DNA from: Octopus bimaculoides
Lineage: Eukaryota
Assembly (NCBI RefSeq): GCF_001194135.2
Contig: NC_068982.1
Span: forward strand, 51,684,825 to 51,741,451
Length of the DNA stretch: 56,627 nucleotides
Direction: 5' to 3'
In this document: piece by piece, positions 12,016-23,959 of the stretch
Layout: every line of letters starts with the position of its first letter
Numbering within the stretch: the first letter of the stretch is position 1
Notes under the pieces: model-generated
The model's database searches: none
What the model saw: only the letters and a program-made list of their open reading frames with translations
Told to the model about the DNA's origin: nothing
Translations under genes and position numbers: made by a program

Positions 12016-12559
12016 TAAAAATACAAAAATGGGACAAGAATGCAAAACATCCAGACTGCTAGATGATACAAAAAAAGTGACAACAAAGCATCCAGATAGA
12101 TGATACATAAAAGGGACAATAAAAAACACAGACAGATCATTTCTTTAGCTTTTTAAGTTTGAAGTTCAAATTCTCTGAAGATCATCTTTGCTTTTCATCC
12201 TTTCACAGTCCATAAAAGCACTGAGATTTGATGTAATTGATGAGTTACCCATCCTCCAATATATCAAGCCTTGTGAAGCAAGAATTATTAGTTTCTAAAC
12301 ATTACACAGCAACAATTTTACTGAACAATCTGAAATGAAAATTCACTACGGAAGATGAAAGAAACTATTTGGAACTTGCTTCATAACCTCATGGTTTCGG
12401 GTTCCACAGTTTTGTACATTGAACAGGTGACTTTCTATTACTATAGGCCTCAGGCTAATCAATTCCTTTTGTGCGAGATTGCTAGATGGAAACTGTATGG
12501 AAGCCCATTTAGTTTGTGTGTCTGTGTGTGTCTACAGGCATACTGTGTTTTTATGACGT

Positions 12560-12711
12560 TGTATTCACAATCATGTGGTTTTGTTTGGTTCCACTGCATA
12601 GCATCTTGGGCAAGTATCTTCCATCATAGCCTGAATTCAGCCACTGCCCTCTGAATAGAACTGGTAGATGGAAACAGTACAGCATCCTAGTGTGTGTGTG
12701 TGTGTGTGTGT

Positions 12712-12754
<43 letters not shown>

Positions 12755-13160
12755 TGAGTGAGTGAGTGAGTGAGTGAGTGAGTGAGTGAGTGAGTGAGTG
12801 AGTGAGTGAGTGAGTGAGTGAGTGAGTGAGTGAGTGAGTGAGTGAGTGAGTGAGTGAGTGAGTGAGTGAGTGAGTGAGTGAGTGAGTGAGAGAGAGAGAG
12901 AGGAGCTAATGTATGTGCAAAGAGTTTATTTCTGGCATGCATCATATTGACAGTGTTTGAACAATGATGTGTTTGTTTTCAGTAAATTCTGTTTCATAGT
13001 TTGGCAGTTTTATGAGAAACCATAAAATAAACATATCTGCTTGGAAGACAAGTGAGGGTTGGCAACAGAAAGGGTATCTAGATGTAGAAACAGCCAAAAT
13101 GTTTCATGTAACCCATGCCAGCATGGAAAAAAGTGGAGATGGAAACAATTACGATTATGA
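12560..13160 (+). mobile_element. SINE family B with a greatly expanded internal (GT)n(GAGT)n(GA)n tract (12690-12902)
   Basis: Head catgtggttttgtttggttccactgcatagcatcttgggcaagtatcttc; tail acccatgccagcatggaaaaaagtgg...acgattatgatgac. Confidence 0.7.
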
Positions 13161-13789
13161 TGACAGCATAATACAGTATGTCAATAAATTCTTGTGCGTA
13201 TCGCACGCAAGGAAAAGACAGGATGGTCTTGAATGGACTACCTTTGATCAAAGACCTTCCTAATCAGGGCTGATTTACTGCAACATCTTGTCATATACCA
13301 TTGCTCCACTATTGCCTTTATTAATGATAAAACTTTTAAGAAATATCTTGTATTTATTCATATAGAAGCAGAGTGCTTAGATTTTCTCACCAAATAAAGA
13401 CATTTTCATTGAAAGCTGTTTGGAACTAATTATATGCTGCTCATATAACAATGACTTCTCTCTCTCTCTCTCTCTTCTAGATATGCTCGCTTTTTATCAA
13501 TCACACTTCATTTCTAATTACTAGTTCAATTAATTGTTCTCTTTTATCTGGTGTTTATTTCAGTTTAGTCATTGCTGTTTTTCCTTTCAAATGTTACTTA
13601 CATCATTTGGAATTTAAAGAAATTTTTTTTATAACTTAAGCAGTGATTAAAATACCATTTTATTTACTTGGGGGGGAAAAAGTGGTATTTAATATAAATT
13701 TTGTAGTTTCTGACTCGGATGTTTTAACCTAATGATAATCCATCCAAAGCAAATCATTAAGCTGGAAATCACTATGTTCAAGAAGTATA

Positions 13790-14459
13790 CATGTATGGCT
13801 GTGTGGTTAAGAAGTTCACTTTGTAACCATGTGGTTTTGGGTTCAGTCTTACTGCACATTACCATGGCCAAGTGTCTTAGCCTCAGAACCAATGCCTTTA
13901 GAGAGAATTTGGTAGATGTAAACGCTGTGTGTGTGTGTGGCTATGTATATATATATATATATATTTAAGAAGTCCCAGCAACTAAAGTGAGATTGCAGCC
14001 ATGGCTGATTCCAGTGTTGCATGTCCAGCCTATTTCAGAGTACCCTTGATGCATCAAGCGATATGATATGCTAGAGAAGACCTGTTGAATCAAGTAAAAC
14101 CAAAATTGTAGCTGTGGCCAGTGACCCCTGACTGGCCCCCATTCCTGTGGCATGTAAAATGCATCATCTGAATGTGGTCAATGCCAGTGTCCCCTGACTG
14201 GCTCTCATGCCAGTGACACATAAAAAGTACCATCCAAACATGGTCAATGCCAGGTACACCTGACTGGCTCCTGTGCCAGTGACACATAAAAAGCACCATC
14301 TGAATGTGGCCGATACACCCACTACACTCTCAGAGTGGTTGGCATTAGGAAGGGCATCCAGTTGTAGAAACATTGCCAAATCAGATTGGAGCCTGGTGCA
14401 GCCACTGGCTCTCCAGACCTCAATCAAACCATCCAACGTTAAACGATGATGATGATGAT
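13790..14459 (+). mobile_element. SINE family B head joined to an RTE-type 3' region with about 64-bp tandem modules and a (GAT)n tail
   Basis: Head atggctgtgtggttaagaag; modules ...gccagtg...cctgactggctc...gtgacacataaaaag x3; tail cactacactctcagagtggttggcattaggaagggcatcc...gttaaacgatgatgatgatg. Confidence 0.8.
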
Positions 14460-14488
14460 TTATTATCCAAAGTGTACAGCATTATTTA

Positions 14489-14660
14489 TCCATCACAGCT
14501 GATCTTACTAACCGGTTTCACGCTAGGGGTACAACAGAGTGTTATATTTTATTTCATATCAGCTACCTCTAATGAGCGTAGAGTTATATAATCAGATTGT
14601 TACCTTACACTCTGTTGTACCCTAAGTGCGAAACCAGTTGGTAAGATCGGCCATGATAGA
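14489..14660. mobile_element. MITE with about 54-bp inverted arms and TA flanks
   Basis: ccatcacagctgatcttactaaccggtttcacgctaggggtacaacagagtgt versus the rc of 14607-14660, ctatcatggccgatcttaccaactggtttcgcacttagggtacaacagagtgt. Confidence 0.8.
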
Positions 14661-15601
14661 TACATTATACTGTCTAACAAAATATTTAAAACAGAAAAAA
14701 ATTATCTTAAAATAATGAGTAAAATGAGGAATATGTTTCACTTGATACATTTTCTTACAGAATAGTTCAAGTACAAGTTTACCAATTCATTAGCTTTCAA
14801 AAATTGTGACACACCGTAATACATCCTAGTTGGTGGCTGAATGATATCCTTTAGGTACAGCGCAGCTGCATATAAAAGCATTTTGAAGGTTAACGATTGT
14901 GCACTTTTGGTTATGAGAGTGATGTGAGGGGATATACTAAAAGGATGAGATCAGTTATTCGTTTAGATGTTTTGGATGAATAAGAGGAAGAATAGAAGCA
15001 GATTTGATGTGGAAGCAAGTCAGTGTAGAATTAATAGAGTTCTGATTAGTTGGCTGACTTAGTGCCAGACAAGCAATTTAAAGGAGTTGGTGTTGTGGTG
15101 CAAGTAATTCAATGTGGGAGTGAGTTGCCTATATTTAGCAGGGAACAGCCAATCCTATGGGAGCAAAGAATGTAATAGCAGGGCTTAGTACTTATTCAGT
15201 TTGGGAAATAATTTTGCTAAAACCATTAAGTGAAAGGACCAGCCACACATTTAGAAGTTCATTCTGTATGCTTCAGATAACTTATTTGAGGCTCCTTATT
15301 CTCACTTTGTTTTCTGTTAAAAATTTGCTTAAAGGCTGATGGCAATTTATAACTGTCTTAACTCATCATTGTTTTTAATTCCCCCAACCCCACCGCTTAT
15401 TAGCATGGATTGGACAAGACTTATTGACGCAATATTTTGCAACCAAATATCATTATTGTCAGCCCTTGCTTATTTTTCACACAAGGTATCGTCATTCCAC
15501 TGATTTTGATGCATGAAAACACCACAGATACAGGATATTACAAGAACTAAAAACACTGTCTCTGTTCACCAGATGCCAATATGAAAATGCCTGGAAACAT
15601 T

Positions 15602-15751
15602 CAGATATAGCTGTGTGGTAAGAAGTTTGCTTTCCAACCACATGCTTCTAAGTTCAGTTTCATTGGGCGAGTGTTTTCTACTAGCCCTGAGTCGACCAAA
15701 GCCTACTGAGTGGATTTAATAGATGAAAACTGAAAGAAGCCCATCATATAA

Positions 15752-15832
<81 letters not shown>

Positions 15833-16077
15833 TGTGTGTTTTGTGTCTCCTTATTTGACATCATGTAATTGTTGTAAATGACTGCCACTGTAATAAAAAC
15901 AGAGTGTCATTCATTTTCAATATTCCACAAGGACATGTCTGGGAATGGGGAAATATTTCTTTGCTTGGAAACAGGTGAGGGTTGGTGACAGGAAAGGCTT
16001 CCAGCCATAGAAAATCTGTCTTAATTTTACTCCAACCCGTGCAAGCATGGAAAATGGATGTTAAATAATGCTGATGG
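15602..16077 (+). mobile_element. SINE family B, near full length, internal (GT)n(GA)n
   Basis: Head gctgtgtggtaagaagtttgc; tail ggaaacaggtgagggttggtgacaggaaagg...gcaagcatggaaaatggatgttaaataatg. Confidence 0.85.
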
Positions 16078-16194
16078 TATATTGAGCTTCCATTCAGTTT
16101 CCATCTACTAAATTTTATTCACAAGGCATTTTCCAGCTCAAGGCTTTAGCAGAAAACACTACTACCTAATGTGCCACAGAATGAGATGGAATTA

Positions 16195-16330
16195 TATTCA
16201 TTTCTACTCTAGGCACAAAGCCCAAAATTTTTGGGGAGGGGGCCAGTCGATTAGATCGACCCAGTATGCAACTGGTACTTAATTTATTGACCCTGAAAGG
16301 ATGAAAGGCAAAGTCGACCTCAGCAGAATT
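16195..16330 (-). mobile_element. SINE family A, 3' half
   Basis: gtcgattagatcgacccagtatgcaactggtacttaatttattgaccctgaaaggatgaaaggcaaagtcgacctc matches 36672-36750. Confidence 0.85.
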
Positions 16331-16427
16331 TGAATGAGATGGTATTATATTGTCACAAAGAAAGCCTCTTAACTACCCAGCCTCACCTGTGCTTCAGTTT
16401 TAATCTAAGGTCTTCTTTTTCATTTAA

Positions 16428-16647
16428 CTCATTAGCATTTAAACTGGCCATATCTGGCCAAAATATTCTATTTGTTTTATGCCCAAACTAGCCAAATACA
16501 GTCTTTCATACCAACCTCACAATGTTATACTAAAAGTAAACAATCCTATAATCGAAGTTTCAAAGCTAAAAGATATTGCATGATTAATTCAAAACAAAGT
16601 GATTAAATAAGCATTACGTTTGACAGAATAGTCTGAATTTTAAAGAG
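16428..16647. mobile_element. piggyBac-like MITE, same family as 43552-43755
   Basis: TTAA|ctcattagcatttaaactggcc ... ttgacagaatagtctgaattttaaagag|TTAA; body aligns with the 43.6 kb copy. Confidence 0.8.
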
Positions 16648-17291
16648 TTAAGGTGTCTTTTGACTGATACTCTCTCTATTTATGACTTACAACTTAGACA
16701 ATAATTTGATTTCTTTTTTTTTTCCTCTCCCCCACTGCAGTTCAGCATCATTTCAAATTTGATGTCTTTAATTTTGTTCCAGTTTTTTCAACCTTCCATC
16801 AAAATTTAATCATTTTGCTAACTAGAAAACATTGGCTTGATATATAATACTTCTAGTTTTAAGTGGATGCTGCTTGCAAATTTTTCCAACTACAATATAT
16901 TCTATTTTATTAGACAAGGACCAAGAGTGTTTATCAATGATTTAAATATATCACATTTCAATTTTACATTTAAAAACTTATTTATGAAAAAAGTTGATGT
17001 TTATTGGTTACCATGAACAAATTTTGACGTGTAGTACTTATTAACATAAGTCAAAATCAGTGTCATTGCAATTGAAGCTCAGAGCTTTGGAGTAAAATGA
17101 CTATAGTAATTTATTTATTTTTTTAAACTGTATCAGATTATTCCCACCACCCTCCTACCCTTGACACTGATGTCTTCATTGTCACAGTTATTTCTTTTAG
17201 TTTTTCTTTTGAATCTAAACATTCAACTTGTTTCATTTGACAGTTTATTTCTTCTAAAATACCCACTAATGGGATTTTGAACAACTATTTT

Positions 17292-17702
17292 TCATCATCA
17301 TTGTTTTAAATTTCACTTTTCCATGCTTGCATGAGTCAAATAGAATTTGCTGAAGCAGATTTTCTACAGCTAGATGCCTGTCCTGTCACCAACCTTCTCC
17401 TGTTTCCATAAGGAATTATTTCTCCATGACCAGACATATTTTCACAGAATATTAGAAATAAAGAACACTGCTTGCACAACAGTGACACTTGTTTACAATT
17501 TTCATGTGATGTCAAGGTAGTACAAATATGTGCACGCACGCACACACACGCGTGCACACACACATATTTATCTACCAAATTTGTTCACAAGTTTTTGGTT
17601 GGCCTGGGGCTATAGCAGAGGACATTTTCCCATACAGTGAGACTGAATCCAGAACCATGCAACTGGAAAGCAAACTTCTTACCACACAGCCACACCTATG
17701 CC
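17292..17702 (-). mobile_element. SINE family B, near full length
   Basis: Reverse complement of the 15602-16077 pattern. Confidence 0.85.
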
Positions 17703-17707
17703 TATAT

Positions 17708-17885
17708 GGCACATAAAAGCACCCACTACACTCTCGGAGTGGTTGGCGTTAGGAAGGGCATCCAACCATAGAAACTCTGCCAAATCAGATTGGAGCCTGG
17801 TGTAGCCATCTGGCTTACCAGTCCTCAGTCAAATCGTTCAACCCATGCTAGCATGGAAAATGGATGTTAAACGATGATGATGATA
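17708..17885 (+). mobile_element. RTE-type 3' tail fragment
   Basis: ggcacataaaagcacccactacactctcggagtggttggcgttaggaagggcatcc...acccatgctagcatggaaaatggatgttaaacgatgatgatgat. Confidence 0.85.
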
Positions 17886-17990
17886 TATATATATATATAT
17901 ATATATATGATGATAATGATATATAAATTAATGAATGACAAAATATCAGAAGCTATGTGATCACCTTCATTAACCAACAGGCTAATTTAA

Positions 17991-18222
17991 CAGCTGAATG
18001 CATTAATATGCTGCTTCTTATAGCAGTAACAGCTGTGAGCTAATGAAGGTGATTGTGTAACTTCTGTTCCTTCATCATTCATTAACTTTAGAGTAAAGCA
18101 TCAGGAGGGTACAGAGTGTAATATCAGTTAATGAATGACAAAGGAATAGAAGTTACACAATCACCATCATTAGCTTACAGCTGTTACCGATATAAGAAAC
18201 AGTGCATTAATGCATTCAGCTG
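17991..18222. repeat. Long inverted repeat (foldback element): 97-bp arms, 38-bp spacer
   Basis: 17991-18087 versus rc of 18126-18222 align colinearly with only scattered substitutions. Confidence 0.9.
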
Positions 18223-18371
18223 ATATCATATCTATCGGGCATAGGTGTGGCTGTGGTAAGAAGCTTGCTATCCAATCACGTGGTTCTGGGTTCAGTCTCA
18301 CTGCATGGACAAGTATCTTCTACTATAACACCAGGCCAACAAAAGACTTGTGGATGAATTTTATATATATA

Positions 18372-18873
18372 TCATCATCATCATCATCATCGTTTAACGT
18401 CCGCTTTCCATGCTAGCATGGGTTGGACGATTTGACTGAGGACTGGTGAAACCGGATGGCAACACCAGGCTCCAGTCTGATTTGGCAGAGTTTCTACAGC
18501 TGGATGCCCTTCCTAACGCCAACCACTCAGAGAGTGTAGTGGGTGCTTTTACGTGTCACCCGTACGAAAACGGCCACGCTCGAAATGGTGTCTTTTATGT
18601 GCCACCCGCACAAGNNNNNNNNNNNNNNNNNNNNNNNNNNNNNNNNNNNNNNAAGCCAGTCCAGGGGCACTGGCAACGATCTCGCTCGAAAATCCTACAG
18701 GAGCCAGTCAGGCGGTACTGGCAACGGCCACGCTCAAAATGGTGCATCTCATGTGCCACCCGCACAAGAACCAGTCCAGGGGCACTGGCAACGATCTTAC
18801 TTGGCTTGCCGGGTCTTCTCACGCACAGCCCATTTCCAAAGGTCTCGGTCCGTAGTCATCGCCTCGGTGAGAT
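18372..18873 (-). mobile_element. Young RTE-clade LINE 3' fragment (ORF C-terminus, 3' UTR, (GAT)n tail); small gap at 18615-18652
   Basis: rc translation LTEAMTTDRDLWKWAVREKTRQAK*; CpGs retained; tail aaagcggacgttaaacgatgatgatgatg. Confidence 0.85.
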
Positions 18874-18889
18874 ATATATATATATATAT

Positions 18890-19100
18890 ATATCATTTAC
18901 CATCTGTTTTCCATGCTGGCATGGGTTAGCTGGTTTGACCAGAGCTGGTAAGGCCAGGAGCCACACCAGGTTTCATTGTATGTTCTAGTTTGGTTTCTAC
19001 AGCTGATGCCCTTCCTAATGCCAACCACTCCACAGAGTGTACTGGGTGCTTTTTATATGGTACCAGTTCTTTTAACAAGGTACCAGCACGACTGCTTTTC
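18890..19100 (-). mobile_element. RTE-type tail fragment, older
   Basis: ctgttttccatgctggcatgggtt...gatgcccttcctaatgccaaccactcc. Confidence 0.75.
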
Positions 19101-19143
19101 ATGTAGCACCAACATCAATTCTGCTGTAGTTGACAGGTCTTCA

Positions 19144-19541
19144 GGTGCAGGCATAACTGTGTGGTTAAGAAGCTCACTTCACAGCCATGTGGTTTTGGGT
19201 TCAGTCCTACAGTACACCTTGGGCAGGTGTCTTCTACTATAACCCCTAGCTGCTCTAATGCCTTGTGAGTGAAGTCAGTGGACAGAAATTGTGTAGAAGC
19301 CTTGTGCACATGTGTGGGAAGGGTCTGTATCTGTGTTTGTCTCCCACCACCACTACTTGAAAATAGGTTTGGGTATGTTTACATCCTAATAACTTAGTGG
19401 TTCGGCAAAAGAGATTGATTGAATAAGTACCGACCTTTAAAAAGAAAAAGTATTGAGATCAATTAGTTCAACTAAAAACCTTTCAAGGCAATACCCCAGC
19501 ATGGCTGCAGTCCATTGACTGAAACAAGTAGAAGATAAAAT
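19144..19541 (+). mobile_element. SINE family B with the alternative GACTGAAACAAGTAAAAGATAAAA tail
   Basis: ggtgcaggcataactgtgtggttaagaag...acaccttgggcaggtgtcttctactat...cccagcatggctgcagtccattgactgaaacaagtagaagataaaa. Confidence 0.85.
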
Positions 19542-19549
19542 ATGTTTAG

Positions 19550-19877
19550 GTGCGGCCAGGGATGTGTGGTAAGAAGTTTGCTTCCCAATCACATGGTTCT
19601 GAGTTCAGTCCCACCATATGGCTCATTATGCAAGTGTCTTCTACTATAGGCTTGAACCAACCAAAGCTTTGTGAGTAGATTTGGTAGACAGAAACTAAAA
19701 GTATTTATGGCACGTAAAAGCATCCATTACACTTTCAGAGTGGTTGGCATTAGGAAGGGCATCCGGCCATAGAAAACCATGCCAAATCAGACTAGAGTCT
19801 GGTGCAGCCTTCCAATGTGCCAGCCCAGTCAAGCCATCCAACCCATACCAGCATGGACAATAGATGTTAAATGGTGA

Positions 19878-19882
<5 letters not shown>
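19550..19882 (+). mobile_element. SINE family B head fused directly to an RTE-type tail
   Basis: Head to gtagacagaaactaaaa, then ggcacgtaaaagcatccattacactttcagagtggttggc...gttaaatggtgatgat. Confidence 0.75.
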
Positions 19883-19914
<32 letters not shown>

Positions 19915-21589
19915 GTATGTGTATATATATATATAATTTGTATGTGTATATACGTTTTTGTTTGTGCTTGCTCCTCCACTACTGCTTGCAATCAGTGTTG
20001 GTGTGTTTACATCTCAGACTTAGCAGTTCAATATAGATAGAATAAGCACCAGACTTTAAAAAAAAAGTACTGGAGTGAATTTGTTCTACCAAACCCTTGA
20101 AGGTAGTGTCCTAGTGTGGCTGTAGTCAAATGAATGAAACAAGTAAAAGATAAAAGATATATAAAAATTTTCATGTCCATACACTTCATCCTAAGTATTT
20201 TTAGTAGCCTCTCTGGACACAAAAATTAACCTTTTCTACAAAGAGATCAGGAGTTCTCAAGTGCAGTAGATTTTCAATGAATAAATAAATGTTTTGATTA
20301 TTTGTATTTTTAATTGAGACTCTTGAATAAGAGAACTGAAGGACAAATTTTTATTTTGAATTATTCTGCACCCAGCTGTATAGAAAATGTTCCTTTTCCT
20401 GCCAGTTTTGTTGTGTTACCCCTTGGTTTTCTTGTAAATATTATTTCCAAATACATCACAGGCCACACAAGAAGACCCAGCAGGCTATAATGTTGTGCAG
20501 GCCTGCTGTAAAGTATGACATGGAACAGATTGTCTTCAATATGAAGCATACTGCTGCCATCCCAATATGAAACAGTAAGGAACAGTATTTCTGTAGAATA
20601 TTTCCAACATCTATTTTATTAGTTTGGCATACAAAAAATAGGTTGTAATGGAAAAAGTATAATACAGTTACTGTCAGTAAAGTATATTTAATAAATAATA
20701 AACTGGACTGTGAGAAGAGAGAAAAGAGAGAGAGAGAGATGAGGAACATCAACGTTGTGCTTGTTTATGTCTGTTTCTCTTCAATCCCTCTTTCTCTCTT
20801 TCTCTCTGCCCATGTATGCTACTAGGTCACAAAGATCTATTTGCTGGAGACTGCTGTAGTTTAATACTACAAATGTTTCAATGCTTTCTTTAGGGATTGT
20901 ATGTGCCACATGTAACAGACTAGAGAGGGAGGTGGATGGAAAAACAGCTTCCTTCTTTTCCTTTACGTTTCCATGTCTTTGGTAGCCAATTAAAAGACAG
21001 CCTTTAAGCAACTCCTGCTATGTTTCTGTCACCAAAGTGGAAGAGAGAGAGAAGAGTTGCTGAGTACAGATTCTATCTTGTACAATAACCATCTTTTTGC
21101 ATCAACTAGTGGTACTCCAAATACATAAAAAGAAAATAAGCACATAGAAAAGCAACATTTGCTATACCCATTAGACACACTCACATTCTTACTCACACAC
21201 ACACACACACTTTCTCCCTCGCTCTCCCCTTCCATTCTTCATCCATGCTTTTCAAATCTGGTGTAGTTTCTGATTTTCTTTTTGATTTTTTTTCATATAA
21301 AACTATCCATAGGTTGTTTCTTTTCATCCATAACTTACTTGGAACTTTTCGTGGTCACTATGTCTGAGACATTCTTAAATGTTCCCCACATAGAATTTTC
21401 AGGTATTAGCAGAAAAATCTATTTTATTCTTTTTTTTTTATTTTAAGAAAACTAGAAATTTAGTCAGACAATCTACTGACAAAACAAAAACAACAAAAAG
21501 ATACACCACTGTCTGCTCCTTTGCTTTTTTTTCTTCTTCTTCATTATGTCTGTCTATATTTTGGGGGTGAGGATGAGGAGGGAGCTTCA

Positions 21590-21800
21590 TTATCTGTCTG
21601 TCTCTGCCCTTCTCCCCTCTTTCTGCTCTTCTTTTTTGTATCTTTTTTTCTTTTCCTTTTACCCACTTTTCTCTTGCTTTATTACATTTTTATTTTATTA
21701 TACTTTCTCTTTTGTTTTTGTTTGTTTGTTTTTTTATCTTGCTTCTCTTTTCCTTTCTTTTTCTGTCTTCCTTTTGGTTTTGCAATCTCACTATTGCTGC

Positions 21801-21852
<52 letters not shown>

Positions 21853-21880
21853 TTCCTATTTCCTTCATTTTTCTATCTGT
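21590..21880. repeat. Polypyrimidine low-complexity tract including (CT)n at 21805-21848
   Basis: Direct. Confidence 0.9.
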
Positions 21881-22706
21881 CTACTTCTGATATTTTGTGA
21901 GTGTGTGGAAAAGAGAGAGAGAAGATGGCGAGACTTCTCTAACTCTTCTCAGTTTAAAAATTCATATCCCACTGCTGTTACTATTCATGTTTTTTGATCA
22001 AATTATTTTATTCAGACTACTATGGTGTGGGAAACGAGCAAAATCTTTAAATTACAGCAAGCTATAAAATCCTTTACTTTGTGGTAAAATTACAAGCCAT
22101 AAAAATCTCGATTAACAAAATATTCCAACTTTACAATCCAAATTTATCCAAACCATGCTACTGTGAAATAGAAGAAGTAAGAGAAGGTGGAGGACTAATG
22201 TACTTTCTTAAGGAGAATATTTGTGTATTAAATCTTTTATAAAACTTAGCGTATGAAGATATATATAGCAATAAATATAGTGTTAGAATAATCACTAAGT
22301 ATATCTAGTTTTGCCAGCTCATTCTTTTTAAGGCTGTACACACAGTACCATACAGAAACAACTATTTTCTAAATGTGCTTATTTAACAATTTTCTTCATT
22401 TCTTTCAAAACTAAAAGTAATTTTTTTTTTGTATATATATATATATATATTGATGTCAAGGACGTTCTTTGATTAAAAGAACAAAACCTAAAAATCTTGC
22501 TGAAAAAGAGTTGTTCTTTGTTTAATAACTATTTGTTAAAGCAGAACATTGTTTTTTTTCATTTTCTGTCTTTGGTCAAAAAGGAGATTGTTCTTTTCTT
22601 AATTATTTTAACTGTTGGCTATGTTATTCAATTTTGACCAGTTATACAAAAGTATAATTAATTTCAGCATGTTCTAATAATAATAAAAAAAAAACTATTT
22701 TATAGA

Positions 22707-23303
22707 TAAGCTTTTCCTGGGTCTACCCCTTCCACAGGTTCCCTCCACAATTAGGGGTTGACCCAGGAAGACATGGAGTAAAGTAGTGAGAAAGGTTCTT
22801 CAGATATTGGGCCTCAGAAAGGGATAACAAGGGACTGAGGCTCCTGGTGGTTTTCTGTGCTTGAGAAGGCATGTTGAGCTAAGTAAAACTGTGGCCATCC
22901 ATACATACAGGTATGTCCTCTACATCTTTCTCTCAGGTGAGAGGTCCTTCTCTTAAAGGCTTGTGTGTACTGGTATTTTGTAAAAATTTGTGCTAGTGTT
23001 ATGTAAGTTGCATCCATGCTGGCACCACATAAAAATTGTCCATGCCAGTGTCATGTAAAAGTGCCAATGCTGGTACCATGTAAAAGCACCTGTACTGGTA
23101 TCACATAAAAACACCTGTGCTGGTGCCATATACAAAGCATCCAGTACACTCTGTGAAATGGCTGGTGTTAGGAAGGACATCCAGCTGTATAAACCATGCC
23201 AAAATAAACAGTTGGAACCTTAGCAGCTCCCCAACTGGCCAGTTCCTGTCAAACTATCCAACCCATGCTAGCATAAGAAGCAGACATTAAACGATGATGA
23301 TGA
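22707..23303 (+). mobile_element. RTE-clade LINE 3' fragment with inverted 5' end and tandem about 23-bp modules in the 3' UTR
   Basis: Plus-strand RG*PRKTWSKVVRKVLQILGL...RD*GSWWFSVLEK (frameshifted); minus-strand 22707-22750 VEGTCGRGRPRK; tail acccatgctagcat...cattaaacgatgatgatg. Confidence 0.8.
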
Positions 23304-23650
23304 AGCTTTTGAATAAAGTAGTTACATTTGAATCTTTAAAACTGCTTTTGTTCTTCTTGAACAAGTAAGCATTTACTCAAGCTCCCCTGTTGAACCTTGC
23401 TCTTCTTATGCCAGCCAACCATTCTATTCTCACATCTTGTGCTAGATAACTCCATTCTTCCCATATTCAACTCAAGAAATATATATCCCCTTTATGTTGT
23501 TTTATTTAATTACAATTCTGTCTTCAGATCATAAGTATCGAGAAGAGTTCTGTTTTGGCTTGGCTCATAAACCTCTTTACACTGAATTATTGTTAATTAT
23601 TGTTAATGATTAATGATTTCTCGTGATCTGACTGACTTAATTGTCTACAC

Positions 23651-23959
23651 TGGTGGTTCTCAATGCCTTTGACTCTGTGATACACTGGAGTGAAAACAAA
23701 AAGTTACTGCTATATTTTGCATGAAAAGTTAAGAGAAAAAAACCTGTTTTATAATTAAGATTTTAGAAAAAATATCAAAGCCTACTACTTATCTTGTTTA
23801 TTAAGCATTTTTGTGTATAACAAAATTACGTTTTTCAAGAAGTCTAAACCTTTATATGGGTTTTCTAAAGCCTTAAATTATATTCATTAAAATCCATGCT
23901 GCACCAGATATCCTTTGAGGTTTACCAATACACCACAGCATATAGTTTGAAAACCACTG
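23651..23959. mobile_element. hAT/Charlie-like MITE
   Basis: Ends tggtggttctcaa ... ttgaaaaccactg; flanks gtctacac / gtgtatag are only a weak TSD. Confidence 0.6.

Noticed and set aside
11716-12140. Several His/Thr/Tyr/Ile-repeat ORFs (also 12637-12945, 41835-42299, 50461-50723)
   Set aside because: Microsatellite translations
14090-14330. Regularly spaced repeats resembling a CRISPR array
   Set aside because: Spacers are homologous to each other; these are tandem modules of an RTE-type 3' UTR in a eukaryotic genome
14900-15200. Faint CR1/Jockey RT-like phrases on the minus strand (KYRQLTPTLNY)
   Set aside because: Too degenerate to support without a search
16741-16850. Very strong acceptor (polypyrimidine...ctgcag) at 16740
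   Set aside because: Downstream frames are short and AT-rich with no donor; cannot support an exon
18446-18988. 180-aa and overlapping ORFs at 18.4-18.9 kb and 34.5-34.9 kb
   Set aside because: Antisense read-through of GC-rich RTE 3' UTR modules, partly across an N gap
20462-20512. 51-nt open segment between cag and gtatga (ATQEDPAGYNVVQACCK)
   Set aside because: Weak acceptor, unrecognised peptide; expected by chance in 57 kb
21521-21997. 158-aa hydrophobic ORF (similarly 27229-27723, 49108-49794, 3163-3367)
   Set aside because: Translation of CT-rich low-complexity DNA or N runs, not a membrane protein
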